From NCBI GenBank assembly GCA_030704615.1, contig CM060734.1, forward strand, positions 19,716,001 through 19,780,000: a stretch of DNA of 64,000 nt, read 5' to 3'. Both the position numbers and the translations under genes were made by a program. The DNA is from Takakia lepidozioides. Its lineage: Eukaryota > Plantae > Bryophyta. The notes beneath the pieces are model-generated. The model was not told the origin of the DNA and did not search any database. It saw only the letters and a program-made list of their open reading frames with translations. This document shows positions 1 through 11,841 of the stretch, in pieces. Within the stretch, counting starts at the first letter, position 1. Every line of letters starts with the position of its first letter.

Positions 1-99
1 CTGGTTCCGTGAACGAAATGTATGTGTTTGTCCTAAATGCAAAGTCTTCACACGGTAACCTGGAAACCAGCGTGGGAAGCGGGCATGGCTCGTATGTGT

Positions 100-3000
100 T
101 CAAAGAGAATTTGGCGGAGCCCTACGTGAGGTGTCCCGCTGCAGAAGGGTGATGACTTCTCCGTAGCCTAGTGTGGCTTGGTGAATGAATTGGTCTCTCT
201 TACCGTCGCAACACATAATTACAAGGTATATGTAATATTGATGCTTGCAGGGGACCCACTTCCCTCTCATGCCGAGAGCGCCCTCACGCATCGTTACAAA
301 ATCCGGACAAGTGCAAGTAGGGAAATTCCCCACGGTAACCTGATATTCTTTGCCATGAAGAACTGAGCCAATAGACAGCACTGTGTAAATCCGTCCATAC
401 CCCGGGGCAGGGACTTCGGTGATACGAGCCACCCGAGCCTGCAAAATTCTAGCCGATTCCATCTTGCATTCGTGATCTGCACCCGAAGCGACACGGCGCA
501 CTGTTTTTCCATCTCTTTTTGTTGGGTGGGAGTCGGCACCGGGTGGAGGCATTGCCGGAGCATGTGGCACATCTGTGCCGACAGTGCACAAGGGCACCAC
601 CCGGGACCGTGCAAGACAAAACCCTCCCTCCTCCAGCATGCTTATCTCGGTTGTTGACAGCGACGTCCCAAGTTTCACAGGCCAAATTGCGGGGGGGGGG
701 GGTTTCATTATCACCGAAGGACGAACTGTTCCCTTGACGCATCGTGCCATATCGTCTGGGCAGAACCAGAACTTGTGGTCCTTTGACTCCCCACTATGAT
801 AAGGTCGGAACAACCCTGTGAATGTTGGAGCTGGAGTCCCCCTGGAGCCTTTGCATATTTTTGATTTGCATTTCTTGAAAGAGGGGGTCCGAATTGCCAT
901 GCAAGCAACTCTAGATCCTGGTGGGGTGCGTTCTATATGCCACTCACTATCAATGCAATCAGATTCCTGCACCATGGCCACCACCTCCTCCAATGGGATT
1001 CCTGCTGCTGTGCTTGCATGTTCTGCACCTGCTCCACTGGAGGAGGACCCACCTGGGAAGGGGGGCACACGACTTAGTCTGCACTGGAGACACCTTTGGC
1101 ACAGAGAAATTGACCCTGTCTGGGCGATGGGAATCTCCATCTGACCCTGGAAGAGTGTTCAATTTCCTTTTGCATGATCCAAATCTTTCCTCGCCTTCCA
1201 AATGAGGGAGCCTGGATTGCAAAGGGGAGCCTTCAGTGCACCTGTTCAGAGCTCTGGCCATCTTCGATGGGTCTCTACTCGCAGCCCTTAGCATCAACAA
1301 AGTCGTACCGGGGCCCTTGCCTCCACCCCGATCCCATCAGAAAATACCTGTTTGTTGTGTAAGTGCCCGCACCATGTCATCAGCAGTGGCCAATACAAGT
1401 CACGACCTGCTTGGTAGATTGCTGCATCCAGGCGTTGTGAACAGTCTCCGCCAAATTACAGGATGGCATGTCGGCCAAGTCCTCCAAGGACATGTCCTGT
1501 AGGAGGCATTGCATGGAAATGTGAGGACGAAAGAAATGGAAGAGGTTCTGCAAGCGACAATCCAAAACCCCAAATGAACAGGCACGATGCAATTTTGTTT
1601 TTTTGGGATTGAAGAGGCTTACCGTCGTCATGAAAGCTCCCCACTGTTGTACCTGAAGTGCCAGAAACCAACCAGTCCTCCAACTCCTTCAGTGGATACC
1701 AGTAGCAGCACCAGAGGAGAACCACCAAGCCCGGATTGCCTGGTAAGTGCTCTGAGCTTCTCCCATTAAGGTGGCATTTTTGTACTTGAGACAGAGCCTT
1801 CTGTGCTCCAACTGAAGGTCAGGGCGAATGCAGCGCTTTGTATGACGTGCCAGAGATTGACTCCAATGGAAGAGGCATGTGCGCTCCCTATTTCCATTGG
1901 GACCTTAGGATCCCCCGAACCAAACACGCGCCGCACTGCATTGAAATTTGCCTGTGCACTATCAGCAAATGAAGCCCGCAAAATTTGTGTCTGTATTCCA
2001 TTGCGCTGCATGACGGCCAGGAGCGAATTCCACATGAGCATCTGGGATTCAGTGTCCTCCGACTGCATATCACAAATTGCTATTGAGAGCACACTCTGGT
2101 ACGCTGGATCATACACATGGCACGCCATGGTTGTCCAACCCTTCACCCGTTTGCAGTGATCAAACATCAACCAACATTTAGCCAAATCTCCTCCAGGTTG
2201 CATTCGGCGGACAATGCTCACACCACTGCCTTCGCCCACTGCGGACATCTTGAACAAATACACCTTGGACGAGCCCTGGCCAGGGAAGATACTGTTTTGA
2301 ATGAATTCATAGCGACTTCTCCGTTTGAGGTCCATAATGTTGTCCATGAATCCAGCAGTGCTTGTGCCGACTCTGAGTGCATTCACCTGGTTTCGAATAT
2401 TGGGAGAGCTCAACACGGAGAAATGGTCCATCACTGCATCAAGCGAATCTGCATCCAGCATTGGTTGTGTCGAATCCCCTTCACCCAGTATGTGTTTTTC
2501 CAGGAAAGCCTTGCTAGCTGCAAGCGCTATTAGCAGAAGGTTTTGCACAAGGGGCATTGTGGAACTCCTGCTTCAGCAGATTTCTAGCGATGTCCACGCT
2601 ATCCCTCCCTGCAACTTCCTTTGGACACAGATGCTCGTGTGCACCCATATGAATGCAGGCACGAGTCATTGTCTTGCATCGGTGTGCCACCTGGTACATA
2701 CGAGCGTGGCACACAGAAACACAGGACGGGGAAAGTTTGCAGAACCTGCACACAAAGTATTGGTCTTGGGAGGGGCAAGTCCTGGGGTGAAAGGATTCAG
2801 GGGCACACCTTCCCACTCACTTTCGTTGGTTGAGCGCTGTTCTCATCCGAGGGCAAGAAATATTCAGGCACTTGCAATGCCCAACGCAAACCGACCTTTG
2901 AAATTTCAATCCAATGTCGTTGTGGATGTTCGACGTTTTTGTCCTGCACCAAGGGTGTCCGTCATGTTTCTTGTCCATGCCCTACAGAAGCCCAGCCAGT

Positions 3001-3550
3001 CCATTGGAAGACGTGGGAGGGTTGAGCTCAAACAAGATGTCCCCATCAAACTCTGCTGGCACGTATTGAACCCGCTGCACACGAAGGACTCCCAATCAAC
3101 AAAACGCAGCTCGCTCTTGCACCCAGCACCCCTGCGAGGGCTTTCAATTTTGGAATGACACTCGTTATCTCTTGCAATTCGTCATCATCCAAGAATGGAG
3201 TCTGCACTGGCGGAGGAATCTCAGAAACATCCTTCGAGGACGAGTCTGAAAGAGTCACGAATGTAGTGGATGTGCTCACCTCTTGTTTCACATGAACTGT
3301 GCCCTTTTGCTGCACGACCGATGCTGCAGTTCCAGGGGTAATGACTGATCCTGCTGATTGTCTTCTCTCTTTTCCAAGGACACGGTATGTGCCTGGAAGG
3401 ACTCTCCACTTCCTTCCACACTACTCGCCAACCAATGGTTTCTCCAAAATCCAAATTCCCATCCTTTCATATACCTCTTTCTGAACAAGCAGAGAACCCA
3501 ATTCCAAGTGGGAAACTGTAACCAGCTCATCCTCATGAACAACTGCAAAC
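100..3550 (-). pseudogene. Mutator-like (MULE) transposase with N-terminal GCM/WRKY-type Zn finger, DDE core and C-terminal SWIM finger; frameshifts and stops
   Basis: N-terminal DGHPWCRTKTSNI...VCVGHCKCLNISC...CRFC...CHARMY...HMGAHEH (~2600-2970). Core WLMFDH...CDMQSED...ADSAQANFNAVRRVF followed by CLFHW (1766-2557 plus frameshift). MPSCNLAETVHNAW (~1420-1470) carries the catalytic-E-like motif. SWIM: YQVTVGNFPTCTCPDF...PCKHQY (~230-350). The start codon is uncertain. Confidence 0.8.
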
Positions 3551-4592
3551 CCATCGTCGTCTGCAGTGGCAGTCAGTGGAAGACTACCTGCATTGGAATG
3601 AAATCGGGCGAGTCTATCTCTCCTCGACATGTTTTCCCTACGCTGACCGAAAGTTGCGATTCACAACGGAATCCCCGAACTGATAGCCCGTAATTCTCGA
3701 AAGGGGATCCACCACACAAACAAATTGAGGTCAACAAGGGTAGCACTAACCCAAAGGCTGCGGGCGATGCATCAAAGGATGTAGGAATGACATGCACTGA
3801 AACTTTGCAGACAACCACGCTGAGAGACACCAACCAAAAAACTGTTTTCAAAGACAAGAAGCCACAAGAAGCCGTGCTGTTTTTGGTGAAAACAAACCCT
3901 GAACATGACATGAAACCATCCATTATGGAAAGACGGCAACAACCCTGGAGAGCAGTAAACAGGAAGACCCCGAATGTAATGAGGTTGTGCTGGCCAGAAG
4001 AGCACACACAAACACTGACACTCCAAGAGTCACCTCGCACGGATGTGTGCAACACAAGATCATTTCCGACCAACCCTTTATACCGAATGACCCCATGGCG
4101 ACGATGACGGAAAAATGCAAACCACAGGGTAGGCAGTACGACACACGTGGATGCATATGTGAAGCATAACATTTATGGCGAATCTGCAAGAACTGCTCGA
4201 AATTGAACTAGCATTAGATTTCTACGGCACTTCCGAATTTGAAAAATGCAAGAAGGCCGCCATGTATTGGCAGGCAGCGAAGTACATCTGACATATATCA
4301 CAAGTACATGCAACGGATGTACATATTTTCTAGCACTTTATTTCTTGGATAATACAAAGACGCCGAAATGGATGAATTCCGTTCGCACACAATAACAACA
4401 CCCGCATCCAAATACGGTTGACAATGTCCAATTTTGATTTTGGTTACATGCCATAGCAACCTTGTTGCAAACGTCAAACTGGAGAGCTCTAGAGGCATCG
4501 TGGGGAGCCCTTGTTTCCAGCGGAGGAGAGAGAAGGAAGTCATTATACTTCACGAGCTCTAGAACAAGAATAGAGCCAGATATAGAATGAGG

Positions 4593-7500
4593 ATGGAAAG
4601 AGTGGACGAAGAGGAAAAGGCGGAAGAAGAGGGCAAAGAGGAAAGTATGGCGATGGAAGAGCAGGAATCCGGAGAAGAACAGCAGCCTGCCATAGTTCCA
4701 AGAACAGGTGAGGAGGACACTGCATCCGAGGAGAGACAGACGCCGAAGATGATGTTGATGCTGGCCTCACGAAGAACCTCATAGTGGAAGAGAGGATGGG
4801 GAGATGCTCCAGAACATGCGATGCGTGGAGAGCAGTCCGAAGCGCAAAGGGTCCCCGGCGATTGGGGAGTCTTCTGGAGCAGCCAAAAAAAAGGTTCAAT
4901 CTTTGAAACCCACCTTTGTGCTTCATTGCTGATGTGAACCCAGTTGAGATTATATTTCGATATGAACATAGTCTACACACGGCATCTCTGCCAGGTTGCA
5001 TCAACCGCGAACAAGAAGCTCAAACAGTGTGCGTTGACGCACACTGTTTGAGCCTTCCATTTTGCTTGCTTGTTGATGTGCGAAACGGCCAAATTGGGGA
5101 ACTAGGGCAGGTTCGATCCACCACGAATTGGAAGCTCAAACAGTGTGCGTTGACGCACACTGTTTGAGCCCCCCATTTTACTTGGTTGTTGGTGTGCAAA
5201 ACGGCCAGATAGGGCCACTATGCCCGGTTCAATCCTCCACTATTTGGAAGCTCAAACAGTGTGCGGCAATGCACACTGTTTGAGCCCCCCTTATCATTGT
5301 TCTTCTCACAAAAAATTACCCAGCCAGGGTATCTCTTTGAGGTTCAATCATCAATTTCCTGGTAGCTCCAGCAGTGTGCGTCAACGCACACTGTTTGAGC
5401 TCACCTTGTCATTGTTTTTTTTGTTTCAAAATCGGCCACACAGGGCGTGTCTCTGAGGATCAATGAACACTTACCTGGTAGCTCAAACAATGTGCGTTGG
5501 CACACACTGTTTGAGCCCACCTTCTCATTGATTTTCATCTGAAAAACGGCCACAAACGGCATGTATTTGAGGATCAATCATCGGCAGCTCAAACAGTGTG
5601 CGAACGTACATTTTGAGCTCACCTTGTCATTGCCTTTGTCATCTGAAAATTGGCCACATAGTATGTATTTGAGGATCAATCATCACTTACCTGGCAGCTC
5701 AAACAGTGTGCGTCAACGCACACTGTTTGAGCTCACCTTGTCATTGTTTTTTTCGTTTGAAAATCGGCCACATAGGGCATGTCTCTGAGGATCAATGAAC
5801 ACTTACCTGGCAGCTCAAACAGTGTGCGTTGGCGCCACTGTTTGAGCCCACCTTCTCATTGTTTTTTCATTGGAAATCGGCCACAAAGGGCATGTATTTG
5901 ATGATCAATGAACACTTACCTGCAAACAGTCATGGAAAGGCCACATCAATCATCACTTACCTGGCAGCTCAAACAGTGTGCGTCAACGCACACTGTTTGA
6001 GCCACCTTTCTTTGTTTTTTTTCCATTTAAATTCGGCCACAAAGGGCATGTATTTGAGGATCAATGAACACTTACCTGGCAGCTCAAATAGTGTGCGTCA
6101 ACGCACACTGTTTGAGCCCACTTCTCAAAAATCGGCCACACAGGCATGTAACTGAGGATCAATTTACCTAGCAGCTCAAACCATTGGCGCACACTGTTTG
6201 AGCCCAACTTCTCATTATTTTTTCATCTGAAAAAAACAACAGCATGTATTTGAGGATCAATCATCACTACCTGGCAGCTCAAACAGTGTGTGTCAACGCA
6301 CACTGTTTGAGCATTGCCTTTGTCATCTGAAATCGGCCACATAGGGCATGTATTTGAGGATCAATCACACTTACCTGGCAGCTCAAACAGTGTGCGTCAA
6401 CGCACACTGTTTGAGCTCACCTTGTCATTGCCTTTTCATCTGAAAATCGGCCACATAGGGTATGTATTTGAGGATCAATCATCACTTACCTGGCAGCTCA
6501 AACAGTGTGCGTCAACGCACACTGTTTGAGCCCCTTGTCATTGTTTTTTTCCTGTGATATTCGGCAACACAGGGTACGTCTGTGAGGATCACACTTACCT
6601 GGCAGCTCAAACAGTGTGCGTCAACGCACACTGTTTGAGCTCACATTTCTTTGTTTTTTTCATCTGAAAATCGGCCACTAGGGCATGTCTTGAGGTTCAA
6701 TGAACAGGGAGGTTCATTTACCTGGCAGCTCAAACAGTGTGCGTCAACGCACACTGTTTGAGCCCACCTTGTCATTGTTTTTTTCTTGTGAAATTCGGCA
6801 TCAGGGGCATGTCTTTGAGGTTCAATGCACACTTACCAGGCAGCTCAAGTGCGTCAACGCACACTGTTTGAGCCCCACTGTTGAGGCCCACCTTGTCATT
6901 GCTTTTTCATTTGAATAGGGCCAAAATATCATGTTCAAAACACTTGAATTTGGAAGCTGAAACATTGTGCGGCAACGCACGTGTTTTCGGCCCCCACAAT
7001 GCTTGTTTTTGGAGAAATTTGGCCACACAGGGCCTGTCTGCCATGCTCAAACACCATCGTTTCATGCCTCTTTCTTATATCAATTTGAATGAACAACCCT
7101 GCAGGAGGAGATGCAAAGTGTGGCGGAGGAGATCCCTTCGGGCAGGGGAGGAGATCATTGTTGATGTTGACGATGAGTTCTATGAAAGCAAAGTTGCTGA
7201 GATGCTGGGGGGGGTCGAAGGTAAACTCTCAGCTTGTGGTGCAAAGTATGCTTGCCCGGGTGGGAGGTTGAAGATTCCCTGTGTAGGGTTGGTTTCATGC
7301 CCGTCGTTCGGCCACCCCTCATCAGGACATTCTCAGCTGGAGGCCGAGTTTGTCATGGGTATTTGGATGGATCCGCAGTCTTTTACGTTTCTACAAGGAT
7401 TCCAGAGGCAATGAGCTCCTTGTGGATGAGTCAATCGTGGACTCCTGGGATCCCATTTGGAGACAGGTGAACGAATCCTTCGAACTTCTTCTCTCCAGGA

Positions 7501-10500
7501 AACCTTCCACCCGGGCATTTTTCAGGGAAGATGTTTCACGTTTGGGATGGCAACCACCGGTTGCTTGCATGGATGGCTGTCATTGGAGCTGCACTCACAG
7601 GAGGAAGAGTGGTACTCTGTTCGATCGATGGTGCTGGATTATGACGGGAACATGATGGGTCTTCTGACGGCAATGAATGATGTGAACTGGTTGTTTCTCA
7701 TTCTACATGTTCCACTTGTGGTTCCGTGTTCTTTGATTCAAGTCCTTGAATTTCATTCTGACTTTCAGATATCATTCTGCACAGGGATGGAGACATCGCA
7801 TGTCAAAACGAGTCTGGTTCACACACTGTATAGGATACAAAGGATCGGGCAAATGCCCTTGACCAACTTCAAGATCATCCTTTCAGCAGAGACGTACAAG
7901 AAGTGCGAAAGCTCCAAGACATCGGAAACGTGGTACTCGTTGACCCGTGAGGCTTTCATGGAGACATGTAACGGTGAGATACATCTTCCTTCATCTGGCC
8001 TTTCCATATTCTGCTTCCACAGTTTGTTTCTGTTTGTTTCCCTTGACCTTGGGTTGATGCAACTCTCGTGCATTCCCTTGCAGCAAGACATTGCAGATGC
8101 AGGGAGCGTGGCAAACTGGAATACTACAGCTCAACCCCTGAGGAGAGAAGGACAGCAAAGGGGGTTGAGAGTCACATCCAGAAAGAGATGACCACTACAA
8201 GAAGGACTATAATGAGTGCTTTTGTGAAGCAGCAGTTGAGAATTGCCGGCCCATCATTCGGATCGCAGTTCTCCTGGAGATAAAACCATTATAACAAGCC
8301 AGGCAAGCCAGAGATGGCCCAGGAGAAGTTGCACAGGTTGTCTACTGCCGTTGTGTCTTCAGAACAGAAGGTGAAGTTGCTACAGATATGGAACTCCGAT
8401 CCCACAGTTAGGGATACCCCACATGTTCCCCAGGCCGGAGAAAGAGAAGAAGACCCAGTGTGTCATTCCTGTCAGTGACAATGTGCTGGACACATGGCTT
8501 CACAAGGCCACTTACTGGAGCTAGGTGTGATGTCCTTTCCTGTGTCACTTTTTTCTCTTTCCTGTCCTTCTCTTTCCATTGCCTCTTACATTCGCTGTGA
8601 TTGTTTTGCGGTTCATTCTTGCATTTGAATTGTTTTGCAGTTGGAAGAAAGGGCCCGGTCGGTTCTGCATACTCAGCTGGCTGACTATGGCATCACTATG
8701 ACAGCACCGAAGGTCTCCTTCGAAGCATACATGAGGAAATGGAGAGCCACAGTGTGGCACTCTTGTTTCTTTAGAGAGTTCAGCAAGGAGGGTGGCATCA
8801 GTCGAACAAATGACCTTGACCAGCAAGAAAAAGGAGAGGAAGCCTGGAAACGATGCCTTTACAGGTGCACACCCTGGGCCGTTCAGGCTACTTAGTGTGT
8901 TGTGGTTGCAATGTACTGTGCCGCATACTGTTTAAGGGGGTCTTCCTGGTGTGATGGAAAAGCTGAGAGACAATAATTGCATTGCATAATGAGGCTGTCT
9001 CTGTTCCTGCAGGTACATAAAGTTTGTTCTCATGGAAGAGAATTTTAGACAAACATCCAGCTTTCGTGGACCTTTGGCTTGTCCCTGCTGGCAACCAGAC
9101 CATGTTACTACTGGGATCTTGCATGACTGGGGCCCAGACCATCTTTCTTCTTGTGGTTGGTATTTGGATTGCCCTCCTTTGAGACCCCAGCTCCGGAGGT
9201 GTCTTTGAGGAGAGAGAATGAGGTTATTGCAGCCACTGCCCAGCAGCCGACCTCGACATTCATGAATGAAATTTGAGGACTCTTGCAGAGAAGGAGCCTC
9301 CCGCTCAGGATACCCCGGGGAAGAAAGGCAAAGGGAAAAGATGTTGCTGGTGTTGTGGGGAAAGGAAGGGGTAGAGGGAAGGTGGCACAAGGGCAGGGAA
9401 GTGTTGCAGATATTGGCCCAGTGGTGCATGTCCAGCAGACTCCACCGCATGGTAGGGGATCCGTGAGAAAGAACAAGGGGTGGTTGATCCCAAGGACCCG
9501 TACCATGCAGTGGAACATCCCACGAGGGTCATTCGCCCTACCAAGTTGGAGATGGCCAACGTCGGGTTCCTTGCCATGATGGAGTCCAAAGAAATCTGAT
9601 TTCAAGGGCGAGCCATCACCAGTGTGGGAGAGGATTGTGGAGTTCCTCGGCACGGTGCGTGTTCTCTTTTGCTTCTTCTCTGCTATGGGCATGGATCGTT
9701 TCAATCCTTGAGTATTCCATTGTAATTTTGTTTGCAGGCTAAAATGACCAAATCCTGGGTGAACGGGAAGGAGAAGCCATATGCAGCCGAACTCATCTTG
9801 GACATCCCTGATGGGTTGGCAGTCCCGGATGTCCCTCCATCGGGGTGCTTGTCCGGGTTGGAATGCTTTTGATGAGCGCTACTGGCGGTGGGTTTCTCCT
9901 TTTGCAATTTTTTCCTGTCCGATGCAGGTGTTTTGGTGCTCATCCAGTCCATCGACGTTCGTGTCCGTGCACTTACCAGCTATTTGAAAGCCTCGGGCAT
10001 GAGAGTCGTGAAGACATGGAATTGTGTGAACAGCATGTACCTTACGAAGGGGATCGTCCGGGAGAGATGGTAAATTTGCCTTCTTCTTCCTCTTGGTGGT
10101 TCTCGGATGGAGTTGTATAGGTCGCTCGAACTCATATGTAGGGGCCTGATTTTTTAAGCTTCTTAGTTCCTTGTGGATGTCCTGTTCGCAGACTCGTTTG
10201 TTTGAAGCTGTTTGTCTCGTCCGAGTGCATCCACCAACGACTCCGGCCGGCATTGCGGAGTTCGCCATCACTCATGGGGGCAAGTTCATAGACGATAGGA
10301 CAGATCCTCCCACGGATGACATGCACTACAACTACGTCGACAACAACGTGTGCTTGCGAAGGGGGAATGGGGTTCCTTGGAGAGGGGCGAGGGAGAGGAG
10401 CCCGGCTTTCATTCAAACGATTGTGGAGTGCTGCACCTACACAGACGCAAGAGTTCTGGATTTGTCAATGGGCACAGGTTCTCTCTTCAACATTCACATT

Positions 10501-11170
10501 TCATGAGGTTTGATTGAGCTTGCACTTTCAGCACTTCCCACCGTTCCAAATGTGTCTTCAATGTCTGCTTCTTTCATTCTATTCCACTGTAGGTGCTTCA
10601 TACCACGCTTGCAAGGCCAGTGCGCGACATCTCTTTGGGATTGAAGGGGATGCTGAGATTTACAAGAACCTCCTGATGGGTTTGGGTGGACACACTTCTC
10701 AAGTCCTTCCGAAGCCCCGTCCCTCTGATATTGATATAGAGGAGACTTTCGACAAGGAGCTGGACTCCGACTTTGCCTGTGAGTAAGTTCAACCTGTGGA
10801 TGCTTGCATTGTTGTTTCAATATTGAGAATCACTGTTCTTGAGGCAAAGTTCACATGGGAGACATCCTCTTCGTTGGACTTGTGCATTGCATCATTGTGT
10901 TCAAAATGGGTTTTTGTCGACATGTGCAGGAGTCTGGGTGCTTCCACTTACCCTCTAGGGCTATCACACCTATTTGGACTTCTTTCCAGTCCTCCTCGGT
11001 CTTGCGTGCTACCTGTCTATGCGGAGGCACTCGCAGCAAGCATGTCCGTTCATGGCACTCGGAGTCCACCCATCGACGGCCGTGGTAGAAGACGTGGTGT
11101 TGGGGCCAGAATCTTTGTGGATGACATAGCACAGGAGGTCGAGACTGATTCTGATGACTGTGACACTTGA
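4593..11170 (+). pseudogene. Spliced gene A: ParB/Srx-like domain + helical middle region + beta-class N4C/N6A DNA methyltransferase-like domain; frameshifted in this assembly
   Basis: MFHVWDGNHRLLAW at 7531-7572 (ParB DGxHR motif). LILDIPDG at 9792-9815 (motif IV position). RERSPAFIQTIVECCT...VLDLSMGTG|ASYHACKASARHLFGIEGD across a GT-AG intron at 10478-10592 (motifs X-I-II). Putative acidic first exon ~4593-4893; last exon ends at 11170. Colinear with gene B. Confidence 0.75.
5018..6990. repeat. Tandem array (~18 units, ~105-120 bp period) built on the 36-bp palindrome GCTCAAACAGTGTGCGT-(CA/TG)-ACGCACACTGTTTGAGC
   Basis: 17-bp perfect inverted arms around a 2-nt centre, e.g. 5018-5053, 5697-5732, 6381-6416, 6605-6640. 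Flanks are also conserved (GAGGATCAAT...CACTTACCTGGCA). Lies in a putative intron of gene A (AAG|GT at 4894 to CAG at 7104). Confidence 0.95.
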
Positions 11171-11774
11171 TATGAAGTTTTCTTTAGGTTTTGTTCGGGG
11201 CCAAATTTGAAATGGGATGGTTGTGTGTCCTTGTCGTCCTGTTTGCAATGTGCGCATGGAATGCACATTCATGGGAACAAACTATTGTTGGAGATGGGGG
11301 TTGCATGGACTGCCCGGATTGTTCCTTCAATCTATTTAGTGTTTTGTGGACCTCACAGACTTGAGTGCATTGCAAAAACAAACAAACGACTTTGGTTCGT
11401 GTAGAGCATTCTCGCATCATTTGCTCGTTGGTCTCCAAACCATTCCTGCTAGAAGAATGGTTGGTGAATCCATCACGGTGAAGTCCACCTCATCAAAGAG
11501 CATTCAAGCATTCTCAAATCTAATGAGCATCCATGATGCTCCCGCACATACCTGGCATGTTCGCAAGGGTGGTGAGTAAGAAAAGATTTCGCAGGGATCC
11601 GCTTTAGATGATGTCAGTGTGCACCTCCTCACGACGTACCCACATAAACTTGTGAGGGCTTGGTATGTTGATAACGTCTGGATGGATGCAATGGATACAA
11701 TGGATGTAACATATCCACTCTGCATTACCGAGAAATGGCTGATCAACCCGCGGAAATAGGCCCTGTATGCATGC

Positions 11775-11841
11775 TAATGTGGCGTGAGCCTGTGCTGGGC
11801 TCACAGGCTCACGCCTCCAGGCTCATGGAATAGCACCCCCC
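11775..11841 (-). repeat. Putative terminal repeat (TIR-like end) of element A with TGAGCC sub-repeats
   Basis: The reverse complement reads GGGGGGTGCTATTCCATGAGCC...GTGAGCCTGTGAGCC, 19/22 identical to 55773-55794. Confidence 0.7.

Larger units (their letters stand above)
1..11841. mobile_element. Element A: Mutator-like (MULE) DNA transposon carrying a ParB-like/DNA-methyltransferase-like gene; left end outside the window
   Basis: Contains a MULE-type transposase (minus), a divergent ParB-MTase gene (plus) and a palindrome array. It ends abruptly at ...GGCTCATGGAATAGCACCCCCC (11820-11841), after which a Gypsy pol reading frame starts mid-gene. This end matches the terminus at 55773 in reverse complement. 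Confidence 0.75.

Noticed and set aside
2325-3158. Long plus-strand ORFs here and at 60880-61776 and 43068-43685
   Set aside because: They are antisense shadows of the recognised minus-strand genes.
5465-6845. U1 snRNA genes
   Set aside because: Only the ~13-nt 5' motif matches; there are no U1 stem-loops or Sm site.
5018-6990. CRISPR array (36-bp palindromic repeat with spacers)
   Set aside because: The spacers are homologous to one another and ~70-85 bp long, no cas genes are present, and the context is eukaryotic. It is a tandem repeat.
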